The notes: generated by a model not told the origin, from the letters alone. A stretch of DNA of 55,454 bases from Asterionella formosa (GCA_002256025.1 NKIB01013563.1:1-55454), one strand, 5' to 3'. Numbered from the stretch's first letter, positions 12,101 through 25,190 are shown. Numbers and translations: made by a program.

Positions 12101-12849
12101 AATCGCAGAGTGTAGTATACCTGAGAATGGCATACGTTTCCTGCACCCAAAGTTTCCAATTAAATTTCGTTCGCAACTTCACCCTAGATGATTTTGATCG
12201 ATGCAACTCTAGAACCAGGGGTAGTTGTACTGTCTAGTTGCCATTATCTGGTTATTAAATAAATTGCTTTTTATATCAACATAGAACCAACATAGAACCA
12301 GTTAATATTAGACCAACTCTTCTACAGGAAAAGTGTATCATGAAGCGCGTCTCCACGCTGGTCGTTATGAATCGACTGCACACATCAATCATTCCAAAAA
12401 TATCGCATTACTGCCGTTACGTGGTATTAGCTATCAGGTACCTGGTACCGTAGGCAATGAGTTCATTTGATGTCAGGCTGTAAATAATAGTTTAGATTAA
12501 CACCGGTGATATACCGGCATAGAAGATGTTAAACATACGTACCGGTATATCTAAAATCTGAAAGTAAGGATAAATAACATCAAGAGTCAAAGCAGGGCAG
12601 CCATCAGGCAGGGGCGGACACAAAATCAATACCCCTTGTTTCCCTCATGTAGCTATAATAAAAAATATGACAGCCGGTAGTCTACCGGTATCATTTTAAG
12701 CGGAAGATATAAACCGGTGAATAGAGAATGTCATGATTAACAAAAGCAATAACAAAGAACAAGTGTATCAACAAAAGTCTTGCCAGAGTCCTTGGTTGCT
12801 GCGTCCCATCGTTGGACTTCAAGGAGAAAGGAATTCGCACAAAAACGGC

Positions 12850-14154
12850 ATGACTTATGTTTTTCTCACATTCGTCCTTCTATTTCCGTTGGTCGTCCCA
12901 CCTTGTTGTGGCTTGGAAAAGGTAGGCTGCAAAGCATGCAAGATAAATAATCCATTAGTCGCTCTCGCTCTCACCTCCATTCGCATGTCCACAAAGATCT
13001 TGCCTGGACACACCGTTCAGAATTCATATCACTCGCCACTCCCGTACACTTACATTTCAAAGATTGAGCTGCCGAATGTATTCTTTTGGGGAAATGTCAA
13101 CGGCTCATCATACTTGACGAAATCTTTCAATCAACATATACCGGTTTATTGCGGGAGCTGTTTCGCTCATAGTGCTGTTAGCGTCCTCTCCGATCGCATT
13201 AAAATTGCTCGGCGAGATGCACTCGTAGGCGATGACATCATATTATCTATCCAGTTTTTACTCAACTGCGGAACTGAAGTGGCAGGGAGCTGTCATGGGG
13301 GATCGGCCACTGGAGCTTTTGAATTCATCAAAACCATTGGGTTTATACCCTACGAAACATGCCAAGCGTACGTTGCTTGCTCTTCAGACTCGGACAACGA
13401 CTTTTGCAAGTATATCGACACTTCGTGTTCCCCGGAAAACATTTGTAGAACGTGCACAAATCCTGAAAAAGGCGGAAATTGCACAGCAGTAAGTGTATTG
13501 ACAACAAGTTATTGTAGGTCGGTACCGTTTGCTCGTCCTCCCATTGATACTTCATGTTGCAACTTGCACAGATTCACAGGTTCCCTAATGCAACTGTTGC
13601 CGAATATGGGACTTACCACAATGACCTTCATGCAATTATGGCAGAGATTTATGTCAGAGGTCCAGTCAAGGCATCCGTAAATGGCATAGCAATCCAAAAC
13701 TACACTGGCGGCATAATATATGACGATCCAAAGCTGCGGAATATGACCCATAATCACGGGGTCGCAATTGTCGGCTGGGGTTTGGAAGAATCAACGAACA
13801 CCTCATATTGGATTGTTCGGAACTCATGGGTAAGTTACATCTCAATATCATTGACTTCGAGAAAAGCTTTGATGATATTGTCTGCTGACAATCTTGTAAA
13901 AATGACATTAGGGCCAATATTGGGGAGAACTGGGTTTTTTTCGAGTTCAGTTGGGCAAAGACCTTCTTGGCATTGAAAATAACGTAGCTTGGGCCACACC
14001 AGGGGTGTTTTCAACCTCCAACTACCCTTGTTGGGAAGATGGAGGGAACTGCGGCGTACACGAGCATGTTTTTCGTGATCCTTCACTAGATATTTTCGCA
14101 GTCAAATCTCGCCTACTGAGGGAAAGGAATCACCCTCTATTCCATAAAAACTAG
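12850..14154 (+). CDS. Cathepsin Z/X-like papain-family (C1A) protease, copy 1; join(12850..12921,12997..13488,13572..13829,13912..14154)
   Basis: Signal peptide; NQHIPVYCGSCF with the cathepsin Z HIP mini-loop; NHGVAIVGWG and WIVRNSWG. Three GT-AG introns give a continuous frame. Confidence 0.92.
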
Positions 14155-14838
14155 ATTGGTTGACATCAGTTTGTTCAGGACTATCAGGGTACCTGGCACC
14201 ATTACTAGGGTACCCTGGTACATGACACTATGATGGTAGAGAAAAGAAAAGTCTTTCGGTAGGCTAACATATGTAATACCGTGGCACCGGTGCCGGTACA
14301 CAACACAATGTTGATAGAGGAAAGGATATTCTAGACTTAAAGGCTAGGACGGGAATAATTACGTTAGATGAAGTAAAACAGACACAGTATACTGGAATAA
14401 ATACAGAAATGAATTGGCTTGTCTGCCGCATTCTTATAAGAAATAAGCAACGCCACGACTGGTGCTGCCTTCTTGTACTCCACATGATGATCGGAGGAAT
14501 TCATGTTGATTGTCCTATCATCGTACAGCTGTGTACATGTTGTCAATCATCAGATGACTGACTCGATCGAACCACTTGACTCGACACAACATGCATTTGC
14601 CGTCAGTTGTACAGAGGATTCGCTCGAGTACATGAAATGCACAGACACAAAAGAGTACGTTTATCTGTATCGGGTGTTGGATACAGCACCAACTTGAACT
14701 CTGATGCAAATCTTTTCTGTATGAAAGGCTACAGAGAACAACCGTAGCCACGGAAAGGCTTGAATTTTGCCGAATGGAGAAGGGCTAGACGAGCTTCACG
14801 TCATTACGACCGCCATTGTCTCTTTTACCGATATCAAG

Positions 14839-15647
14839 ATGAAACTCGCTGTCTTCGCCCTCCTTTTCGGCTCCGCCGTCGCGTTTGCTCCTGCTCATAC
14901 CAGCAAGGTAAGATCTGCCGATGGACTTGCACCTGTGTTGTCATTACTAGGTTCCATTTCTCACTTTTCGCTTGCGTTTTATCCTGACATTCCGGAAAAA
15001 GGCGACGACCAGCCTCATGGTATCTGAGCTTGAGCTTGGAGCCACTGAGCCTCTAGGTGTCTTTGATCCTCTAGGATGGGTCAGCTCTCAGCCTGAGAAG
15101 TTTGAGCGTCGTCGTGCCGTCGAGCGCAAGCATGGACGTATTGCCATGGCTGCCATCGTTGGAAACATTGTCCACAACAACCACATTGTCTTCGATGGTT
15201 ACATCTCTCCATCCAACAACCTTAAGTTCTCCGACATCCCTACTGGAATTGATGGGCTTTTCTCCGTTCCTACCGCCGGAATCGCCCAGATCATCGCATT
15301 CATTGGGTTCGTTGAACTTGCCTGGTTGCCAGCTTCCCAATACGATGGTGACTACGGAATCGGATATTTCGGATCAGACATCTTCGATCCTGCAGAGAAG
15401 GCCCGCAAGCTGAACGCTGAGATCAACAATGGACGTGCGGCCATGATGGGAATTTTCGGAAACATGGTTGCCGAAAAAATCACTGGGCAAACTATGTATG
15501 AACAGGTAAGCAAAACCCCCATATCTGCCCTCACTTCAGTGTTTTCCCTTTTAATGTATCCTTTCTCAACACACTCTTCTCTTCCTTCAGTACGCCGCTG
15601 GCCACTTCAACCCCTTCAATGATGGAACTGGTGCTCTTTTCAACTAA
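14839..15647 (+). CDS. Fucoxanthin chlorophyll a/c-binding protein (LHC), two-intron copy; join(14839..14907,15002..15505,15591..15647)
   Basis: SAVAFAP presequence; ERKHGRIAM and EINNGRAAM. The spliced C-terminus YEQYAAGHFNPFNDG matches the paralog at 9197. Confidence 0.96.
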
Positions 15648-16009
15648 GCAACTTTCACAACTAATGAAATGAAATAGACATTATCCAATTGCGAAGAGCA
15701 GCGCGCTCCGGGCGGATCTATTGCTATGGACATCTTTTGGGTAACAATTGGAAGCAGTAAGACGGTGCAAGCTATGCCTCTAAAATAACATTTAGAATTC
15801 TAGTAGCATCGGCAAAATGAGTCCCTTGCTGACCAACTTCCAGCGGTGCATTCCAATGCATTTGCTGTGCAAGCTAGTCAATGATGATACCCCTACCATT
15901 CGTACTATAATGAGGGGCGTATATAGGGCTAGGTAAATACTGCTGTTGGAAGTAGTAAACTTGGAAGCCGAGACTTTAGAGTGAACAACACCCGACGCCC
16001 GTCATGATC

Positions 16010-17974
16010 TCACAAACAAGTCCCAGGAACAACGCAACATTTGCACCAATTTGAGAAAGTCATGGTAGCCAGAAACGCTTCCTGTCCTTCGTTTATTTCA
16101 CTGGCAGCTCCATTACTTGAAGCACATCCATCAACCTGTGACAACTTCCGGCTTATGTAAACGTTTATCAGTTGTTCAAGCACATCCAAAGGTACAGGAC
16201 CGCAACTAAGAATAATGTGATAAAAGTCTCTAGGATCAAAGTTGACGCCAAGCTGTTCTTGAGCCAGCACTCGAAGCTTGTGTATGACGCGTTCTCCGAC
16301 CTTGTATGCCGTAGCTTGGCCTGGCCAAGTCACATAGCGTTTTACTTCGTTCAAGGCATCATGTGCGCCAATGGCTGTGTGATTGAGCATGTATTGAAAG
16401 GCTTCCTCTAGTGTCCATCCAAATGCATGCATTCCAGTGTCAACAACAAGCCGACATGAACGAAGAGCTTCCATTGACAGCTGACCCATCTTATCTTCGG
16501 GGTGTTTGTACATTCCAAGTTCTGTGCCAAGTGTCTCTTAATAAAACTGGTGAGGACGAATATGTTGAAAAACAGAGCAGCAGTAAATATTCGCATTGTG
16601 ACACATACCAGAATGCAGACCCCAACCTTCAATGTATCCTGTGTAGAACGGAAATCGGCAAGGTGCTTCAAAGTATCGCCGATCTTCAGCATAGCGACGA
16701 AAGTCAGGTAATCCTTCACTCTCGTTTTGGATGGCAGCTTGAGTATGGTGACCAGGAATAGATTCGTGGAGAGCGAGGGCTTCACATTCATATGTGCGAC
16801 GAGTCTTCAGTTCTGAGGTATTGACATAAAAAACTCCTGGACGAGGAGCAACTGAATCAATAGATCCAGATAGATAGTAAGCAGCGGGTGCCATGGAAGC
16901 CTGGGAAGCTGGTGTCTCTACAATAGAGAAAGGAGACCGAGGAAGTGTCTTGAGGTGAAATATCTTTAGGAGTTCCGGGCCAATTCTTCCTGTTATATCA
17001 CGATAGTGGGCGCACAAAGCATCTGCCGACGTTGGCTCGTATTTACTATTCGTTCTCAAGTATTCCATGTAACCTTCCAATCTACCTTCATAGCCAGCAT
17101 GGGTAGCAATCTCATTCATTTCCTTGCTTATTCGGGCGACCTCATCCAATCCAAGTTGATGAATTTCGGTTGGACTCAAGTCTGTTGTCGTGTGAAACGT
17201 CAAACAATCCCGGTAGTAATTTTCTCCTTTAGGGTATCCTTTCGCGGCACTTATTTCCGTTCGAAGGTTGTGAACATAGTCTTTCTCTAGAAAGTCAGCA
17301 AACTTGGTGAATGCCTCCGTTATTTTGGAAACAAGTTCCATACATTCGACTTTCAGGTCCATTTCTTCTGGAAGGTCAAAGACTTCATCTCCACTTATCG
17401 GACCGGAAAAGGAAATCATTTTTCCAGCAATCATGGCACGAATCATGTCGATAACACCATCCAAACTGACACTTGGCGGAGTCCTGCCCTCCTTTAGGCC
17501 AATCTGGAGGAGCTCCATCACTTCTGATAGCTGGACAGGAACTCCTTCCAAAAACTTTTTATAGAATTCTCTGTGTGATTTATTTTTAAGTGGAAGATAT
17601 CTGGCATAGAGAGGTAGATCGGTTTGAGGACCTTCTAGTCGATTGACACAACAAAGAAAAGCTCGGTGCTTGGTAGTATAGTTGATATAATCTCTGAGTT
17701 GTCCCATATAGAGTCGATACGAGAGCTTGTCTCCTTCAGCCAGGGTAGATGATTGCTCCGGTGTCAAGCCTTCCTCCATCCTCCACAAGGCACGCTGAAT
17801 CCATTCTAATCGCTTCTCAAAAGAGGCTGGAGAGCGAGGATCGAGGGCGTGCTTTGATCGACGCTTCGAAAGGAGTCCAAGAGACGCAGCAAGTTCCGGA
17901 TCTGTGTCAATGCGCCATTGCCACGTGGAAGCCATCTCATTATGCAAAAAGCAGGCTGATGTAGTAGTTGTCAT
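16010..17974 (-). CDS. DUF885-family putative metallopeptidase; join(17974..16609,16536..16010); start uncertain
   Basis: EIHQLGLDEVARI, PGVFYVNT, LALHESIPGHHTQ, YIEGWGLHSE (across the intron), RLVVDTGMH and RYVTWPGQATAYKVG are DUF885 hallmarks. Confidence 0.88.
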
Positions 17975-18227
17975 GGTGGTTAATCGGCTGCAACAGCTAT
18001 CGCCTTGTGCAAAGAAGCAACGATACCTTGCTGTGACGGCAGATGCAGATTTTGATTTTATGCCTACTATCATCGGATTCTTTTCGGCTAGGATGAATTC
18101 AGTCAGATAGACTGGATTCAGTCTGTATTTTCAATCATGCCCATCGTTCACACGAATACCGGTATTTCATTTCTGAAAAGATATCTACGGGTATATGAAT
18201 AGAACTGTATTTAGGTTTCTGGATGTA

Positions 18228-19007
18228 CGCAAGCCACCGTTACCGGCATTTTAATTCATCTTCCGACTGAAAATATTTAAGTAAATTGTCAATCGAAACC
18301 TGATGCAAGTACGAAGAGTATGTTAGACGATGCACTCTACTCAACGAATAAGTAATCAATATTGATTCAGTGTACAGAGCCATGAAGATCAAATTTTTTC
18401 AAGTTGTTGCATAGCGGTGGCATGTTTTTATTTATGTACATGAATATATTTTCCCCTCAAACCGTGAATATTTTTACTCCGTTTATACTATAGAAATTCC
18501 TTTCGAATTACTTTCCCTGTTAAGCGCGATGCAGTATGCTTTTTGCACTTGCATAATCGACAAATGCTTCTGATGCATAGTGTATTCGAAAGCATAATGA
18601 CCTAGTACCCCCATTTAATTATACTAAATTAATTCAATGGGAAGAACATTATTATTCTTGTACATATATACCAGTACACATATAGAAAAGGTGATGTCAG
18701 CTCAATAGAGTAAATGTGAAAATATCCATCTTTTGCAATTTCGCATGGACAGCAACCTTTGGGCCATAATAAGTATTTAACAACTTACACAATGCAACAA
18801 TACAAGTACATAAGTGTTTAACAACTTACACAATGCAACAATACAAGTACGTAACTATTTACTCAGTAAGTATATAAATCTGAGCAACTCCTTTGTGAAA
18901 ATAATTAACATATCTTGCAAACTAAGTTCAAACTGTGCGTTTACTCCGCTTAGCAGTGGCTTACAGTTCAAAAATCGATATAGCGGTGGCTTACAGTTTT
19001 TAACTGG
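18228..19007 (+). mobile_element. ~750-780 bp non-autonomous TIR element, copy 1 (outer terminus degraded)
   Basis: Aligns over its length with the reverse complement of 27991-28739. Ends CGGTGGCTTACAGTTTTTAACTGG|TA and carries a 41-bp tandem duplication (18776-18850) absent from copy 2. Confidence 0.8.
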
Positions 19008-19147
19008 TAACAAGTTTCTAGGTTAAAAAATTCAGTTACATGAGAAGCCTGTCTGCCAAAATTATCTCTGTGGGATGGGATGAAAATGTTTATTGACAAT
19101 CAGTACACCCTCATGCCTTTTTAATTATTATTGACCTCATTTATTAA

Positions 19148-20154
19148 GCTTCCTACATTTCAACCCTAGATTAGAGGTAGGGTTAAAACTAATATTAAGT
19201 CAGAGTAGTCAAACACACACTTCTTCCGAGTAGAATGTAAATATATATCACTAAACGGAGCTTTCACCAATTTACACCCTTTTCATATACTTAGATACAG
19301 TCTTCTGAAAAAGTAGGGGTATAGGTCAACGCTATATATCGTCAGGATATGATAGGATCTGTCGATAAAGTGCAGAAAGGAACTTCGGTTCTTACGAGTA
19401 AAATGTAAATGTATATCACTAACCGGAGCTTTCACCAATATACACCCTTTCCATATACTTAGATTCAGTCTTCTGATCAAGTAGGGGTGTAGGTCAACGC
19501 TATATATCGTCAGGATATAGGATCTGTCGAGAAAGTGCGACAATATCGGCCTTTTCAACGGTCTCCAAGAAGTCGGAATTAGAATCACTAGTCACAGAAA
19601 TGTCATCATCGGAATAGGAGTCTTGTGATTCAATTTTTCGTCCTACAATCTCCTGTACAAAAAATTCCATTGTCCGCTTCACAATAAATATTTTGATTGG
19701 TCATGTTCATTTACTTACCGATATTTGATTGGCCCGGTTTGCGAGGTCTTACAAACCCACACAGGCCACACTGCATACAAATGTAACTTTTTCTTGGTTG
19801 GTGATCACCGGTACGCCGGTATCATATGCACTTCAGGTACCTGTGGATGATTATCATTTGACATACGCGTACCACTCCTAGAGTGCACTTTCAAATATTT
19901 CCGGAGCCGCCGGGTTGTTTGACACATAAACCGTCGATCGGTGTATAGAATGTACACCGGTATAGATGATATATCTATATATTTAGCGGATTCGAAAATG
20001 AATCTATGCACGTACGTAAAAATTTCCACTTATTTGAATTTTTCAAATGGAATCATGTTATCCAAAAATAGCTCATAAAAATCTTAATTCAAGGGAACTT
20101 CGGCAACCCTAAGCAACATTTTAATTTTTGCCTTAGGGTTGAAATGCAGGAACC
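19148..20154. mobile_element. 1007-bp PIF/Harbinger (Tourist)-type non-autonomous insertion
   Basis: TAA|GCTTCCTACATTTCAACCCTAG ... CTTAGGGTTGAAATGCAGGAACC|TAA: ~22-bp TIR with a perfect 3-bp TAA duplication. Confidence 0.72.
19227..19540. repeat. Tandem duplication, period ~168 bp
   Basis: CGAGTARAATGTAAATRTATATCACTAA...GGATCTGTCGA unit starts at 19227 and 19395. Confidence 0.9.
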
Positions 20155-22321
20155 TAAAGCGCCTTAAGAATAATCAAGTGCTAGTAGGGTAGCTCGCATG
20201 GGCGGCGCTTTCTGGCATTGACTGCATAGGTTATATTAAATTCTTAACCTACCCAGAATCAACCCAACAAACGTGGTGACTTTGGGCGCTAAAGTACATC
20301 CACCCATCATTGTGGGTCTGATATCATTATGTGGATATCACAAAGGATCAATCGACATGAAAGAATGGCAGTTCTGTAGAGTGAGCTTGAGAAAATCAGA
20401 GGTAAACAACATATAAGAGTTAATATCTCAACAAAAATTGACAATAAACTATTGCTTTTTCGTGCATGTATCTAGCCTAACTTCGATGAGATAATCATTC
20501 AATAATATTTTTTTGCATTTATATTGACAACAAAATTCAAATTTCCGCTAGATTTTCATGTATTTACGTACTATTGTCGTGGCTAATATTTTTGTAGGTC
20601 ATTTTGAAGTTAAATATAGAGAAACAGATAGACATACAGCATTGCATTGATTATTATTTGCATGACTAGAAGATTAGCGACCACATGTATATTTCTATTG
20701 CCGGTATTATTTTTTGCACATATGCCCAGTAGTTACCGGTATGTTTCTATCCACCAGTGCTGGTATTTGAATTTCATATATATAGAGTAGATATATTTAT
20801 ATTGGTATGTAAGGGATTTGCTTAGTGGTTTAGCACATTGCCTGTGATCTGAGGTTGTTTGTTCGATTTCCCATTTTTTTAAAGCAATAATTGGGTTTAA
20901 CTCCCGCACTCCTTACCGTCCCGGGTGGTCTTTCCTGGCATGCAAAAAATACAGGTAGTGGATTGCCCCCTGTAAGCAGCTTGTGCCGCCTTCCTAGGCG
21001 GTCGGAATTTCCCCTAACGCTGAGGCTAAGACCATCAACTTTCACGAAAGGTGGTTGGGGACTCCTCTACGCCAACAAAACTAGGGAATCACATGACCTA
21101 TGGTGTATAGCATTACCTATAAATCATACCATGAAAATAGCTGTAATGCACCAAAATTATATAGCAACGTTAACTATATTCACGAGCTCTACTAATGTAA
21201 ATATCAAATGACTCGATGTATCTGACATGTAAAGATAGTTCAACAATATACACTAATCTAGCGTCATGATTCAGTATATTATAGACATCTAGGACTAGCT
21301 AATAGTTAGCCTACTGAGAGGCTATACCTCTTCAGAACACTTACTACAATAGTGTATCATAGATTGATTACCCAATAGTTAACGAGTGATCTAGACTAAA
21401 CTAAGACTTGTACTCTAGACAGCAGTGTCCCATAAATAATCTTTACTTAATATCAAAGCTAGGATTACTAAACCTAGCAAGGATTAGTGAATGAACTAGA
21501 TTACCCTTAAGTATAAACCGAAGGTAACAAATCACATTGGTCTATGCAGTCTCAAGGTTTCTCAAATGCCCCCTTTCCAAGATTAGATCTGCCCAGCGAG
21601 CAAATATAGTTTCGTCTGCAAATAAAAACTATCATATTCCCATGATGCATCATAGGATTGTGATCATCTGATCATAACCTTTCGTTATATCATCTAATAA
21701 TTTTGATAAATGCCCCTGTAATTTAAATAGTAACCCTTTTGACTATGTATATTTAATTATTATATTTATTGTTTCTATTCTATTCCTGTATTTGAATTTC
21801 TTTGTAGGATAATGTACCAGCTAAAGTAATGTAATTTGGCTCGTCATTTCCATCAATCATCACTCCGATTTTTGCAACAACAACGAAATACTAGCAATGA
21901 CAAGTGGAATGATTGTTTGCGATAACGTCTTCAATTGTTGGTCAAGTGATCATTATATCTTTGAGTAATCGTCATGTGCAGTGAACCTATGTTCATAATC
22001 ATTCAATTAAGAGTTTACAGAGAAGAAATCATTCGAACTCGGAATGGTTCCGCACACAGCGCAAATAGTAAATCCATTTCGTCAACCACCAGCATGACAA
22101 TCTCGCAAATCAACTTGTAAACAAACACATTCTACTTGTTCTTGTTGACATTTTCAATTCTCACATGATACTACATCTACTATTGAGATTCAGCATAGAA
22201 GGAAATGCGAAAATGTAACAGATTGCTGTCCACATAGTTATAGTTATAGAATGATTCTGATTACAGTTTCTTTTTCATGTCGCTCGTTTCCGCATTTCGC
22301 ATGCTGTACCTGTATTTACTA

Positions 22322-22840
22322 TTGAACTTGTCCGCATCTTTGATACCATCAAGAGAGCGACAGCAAGTGGCTCTATTCATTGTTGTTTGCTCATGGAAAA
22401 CCCGCCCGGTATCTGTATCATCAACAATAGAGGGACAAATGTCCTTCATCATTATCATTGTGGTTTGCCATAGGAAAAATTTTATATCTGTATCGTCATT
22501 TGCTTGTTGGAACTGTCCGTTGCCTCAAGCCTGCTTAGCGTGTGCGTACACACACTGTCGACTTGTTTTCATTGGTATGTTGTTCTTGTATTCGTTTCAC
22601 TGTTGAACTTGTCCGCAACTTTGTTACCATCAATTGAGCGACAAATGTCTCTCTTCATTGTTGTTTGCTCCTGGAAAAGCCGGTGTCCATGCGTGTCATC
22701 ATCAATAGAGGTAAAAGTGTCCTTCATCATTGTTGTTTGCCGCTGGAAAAATTGGTACCCGTGGTATCGTCATTCGCTCGTTGGAACTGTCCGTTGCTTC
22801 AAACCTGCTTAGCGTGTGTGATCATACACTGTCGACTTGT
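22322..22840. repeat. Tandem duplication, period ~281 bp, with internal subrepeats
   Basis: TTGAACTTGTCCGCA...CCTGCTTAGCGTGTG...CACTGTCGACTTGT unit starts at 22322 and ~22603. Confidence 0.9.
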
Positions 22841-24071
22841 GTACATTACAAGTGACTTAGCTACTAAAGTGCGTGTTATAATATCATACTCCGTAGTACG
22901 ATGCAGAATACAGTTCCCAATCATCTCATCATGATTGATAAGATGATAATGTGATATCACAATAGGGTTACATCGATGCAAACATCACCAAAATATGATA
23001 CGTAATATTGAATAAAGTATATCACATAGCTATAATACATTGATCATAGAACTATGATGATTTCTTAAAATATTTACGATATAATTTTGATCAAAATATT
23101 AATTGGAATTGTTATGCACCGATACAGGATATCTTCCACAAGAATACCATACACCTGAAGAAATGGGTTTATCGGAATCTTTCTATACTGGCACCAAAGC
23201 ACGGCACCATTGCAGATCATAATGGCCACTGAACATGATTCCATGTTATTTCAACCAGAAGATGATAGTGGATGGTAATGTGGACCATTTACAATTGTGA
23301 AAGTATTGGAAACACTATTGCAGCTAGAAAGGAATGGCAAAACCAAATTTCTTGGCAACCGGCGGGGCGGCACAATTCTGTTTGGAGATGGAGTCCTAGA
23401 AAGTTTTAAAACGTCAGGTGGTAGCAACAGATCGAACTGACGATTTGTTATCTGTTACATCTGAGCCACCAACCAAGTCAACGTACTTTCATCTTGGAAC
23501 AGCTTGGCCTCAAGTGACAACGACAAACATTCGTGAGGATATGTTTCAGTTGGAAATAAATGTTCTTCAATTTTGTATCGACAAAATTTTGAGTTCCTAT
23601 TTAGATTTAAAAATGTTGAACGAAGTAATTGGACGAGTTCCTTGCAATTCATCTTTCAAGAAGGATGATGTTGTCAACGTGAATTCCATGATCTAACAAA
23701 TGAATGAAAAAGTTGCTCCCTTCAAATGGTATAATCATGTACCTCTTGGCCGAATTTCTGGATGAATCAAAATTGACAAAAAGTTGAAAAAATATTTTGT
23801 AAATGATGATAGTCCTTCTGGAATCAAATTGAAAAAGTTTACAGACTCATATCGAGCTGCAGTTGAAAAGTGGAGAAGCGAAATTCCGGACGAAACGAGA
23901 AGGACCATCTTAGGTTCTTTGGGAGTGAAAAAGAAGAAATAATGGACCATTGGGATCATCCAATGTCATCATTTGTTCGGAAATTGTAGTTTGTGAAAAC
24001 CTCCTAATAACCAATATAGTATGTGAATTTATATTGTTATCATTATCATTTAAATTATTCTTGTATCTTTA

Positions 24072-25190
24072 TTAACGTTCGCTTGTTAGTTTTTGGTCCC
24101 ACCCGATTGATTTCCATAAATGATGTGGAGGCATGGCAACATAAAAATTAACTTTCCGGATCTGTTCCCAAACTTCTTGCGGTTTCAGAGATATCCTTGA
24201 TTCCTTTGGTTTCAAAGCAGGAACAACAAATGCTGCCGAAAGTATGTCATGAAATTCAACAACGCTCAAATCAGTTGTATCATTGCATAAGGTGTCGCCT
24301 CTTGCAAAAAACATACGTTTATGAATTTTCATTTCAGTTGAAAGTTTCAAGGAATGAATACACGCTAAGAGAATGGTTGTTGTGTTGGAGAAAATAACAT
24401 TTCCCCAAAGAAGTAGTTTAGCCGGAACTGAACTGTGTAGGAACTTGATCCATATCCTTTCTCCCAGCTCACTTCCACTTCGACCCAGTCAAACCATTCA
24501 CGACCAGAGATTCCTGCATTTGAATCATTATTACATTTCGGATGGCTGATGGCATCTGAAAATAGTAGTTTGGCTGGGAACGTTACTTCCCTTCTTTTGT
24601 TTGTTTTATGTCTGGAATGAATCACTTGGACCAGATAGGGCGGGATGTTTGATTCTCTTTTGGGACCAGAAAAAGCACATTAAATTGAATCATTAAGTAT
24701 AACATCAAAATTATGACATGGTACCATGTCGTCCATCTGCATCCGGGATTTATTAATGGTATCATCGACAGGAGCAATTTTTCTTGTATCAACAACGGAA
24801 GAATAAACGTCATCATCGCTTTCAGTATCAATCAGGGTATCCTGTGTACTAGTAGCTGCTGGTGTCCCCATTGACGATGGGGTAGTACCCCCACTAACTC
24901 CCTGTCTCCGAGTGGGTTCCTTTGGATAGTCGCCAATTCGCTTTTTCTTTGTTAACTCAGTTTGGTACTTGCTTCTTTGTTCCATACCGGCAGTAATTGC
25001 CACATGTCGCTTGTTTGCATGAACCTCTTAATGGTTTTTTGAAGACATCGTACTACTAGATAACTGTTGTCGTTGTCTTCCTTAAAGTTAGATGATCTTA
25101 AAATCAGGTGTTGCAAGCTACAATGAAATGAATCATCAGTCACTACATATAATATTTTACACTCTCTAGATATGATGCCATAAGTCAAAC
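24072..25190 (-). pseudogene. Frameshifted ORF remnant, possibly the C-terminal part of a Plavaka/CACTA-related transposase
   Basis: Consecutive minus-strand fragments HPKC...GREWFDWVEVEVSW, ILSAAFVVP and YVAMPPHHLWKSIGW resemble my recollection of such transposase C-termini; not verified. Confidence 0.35.
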
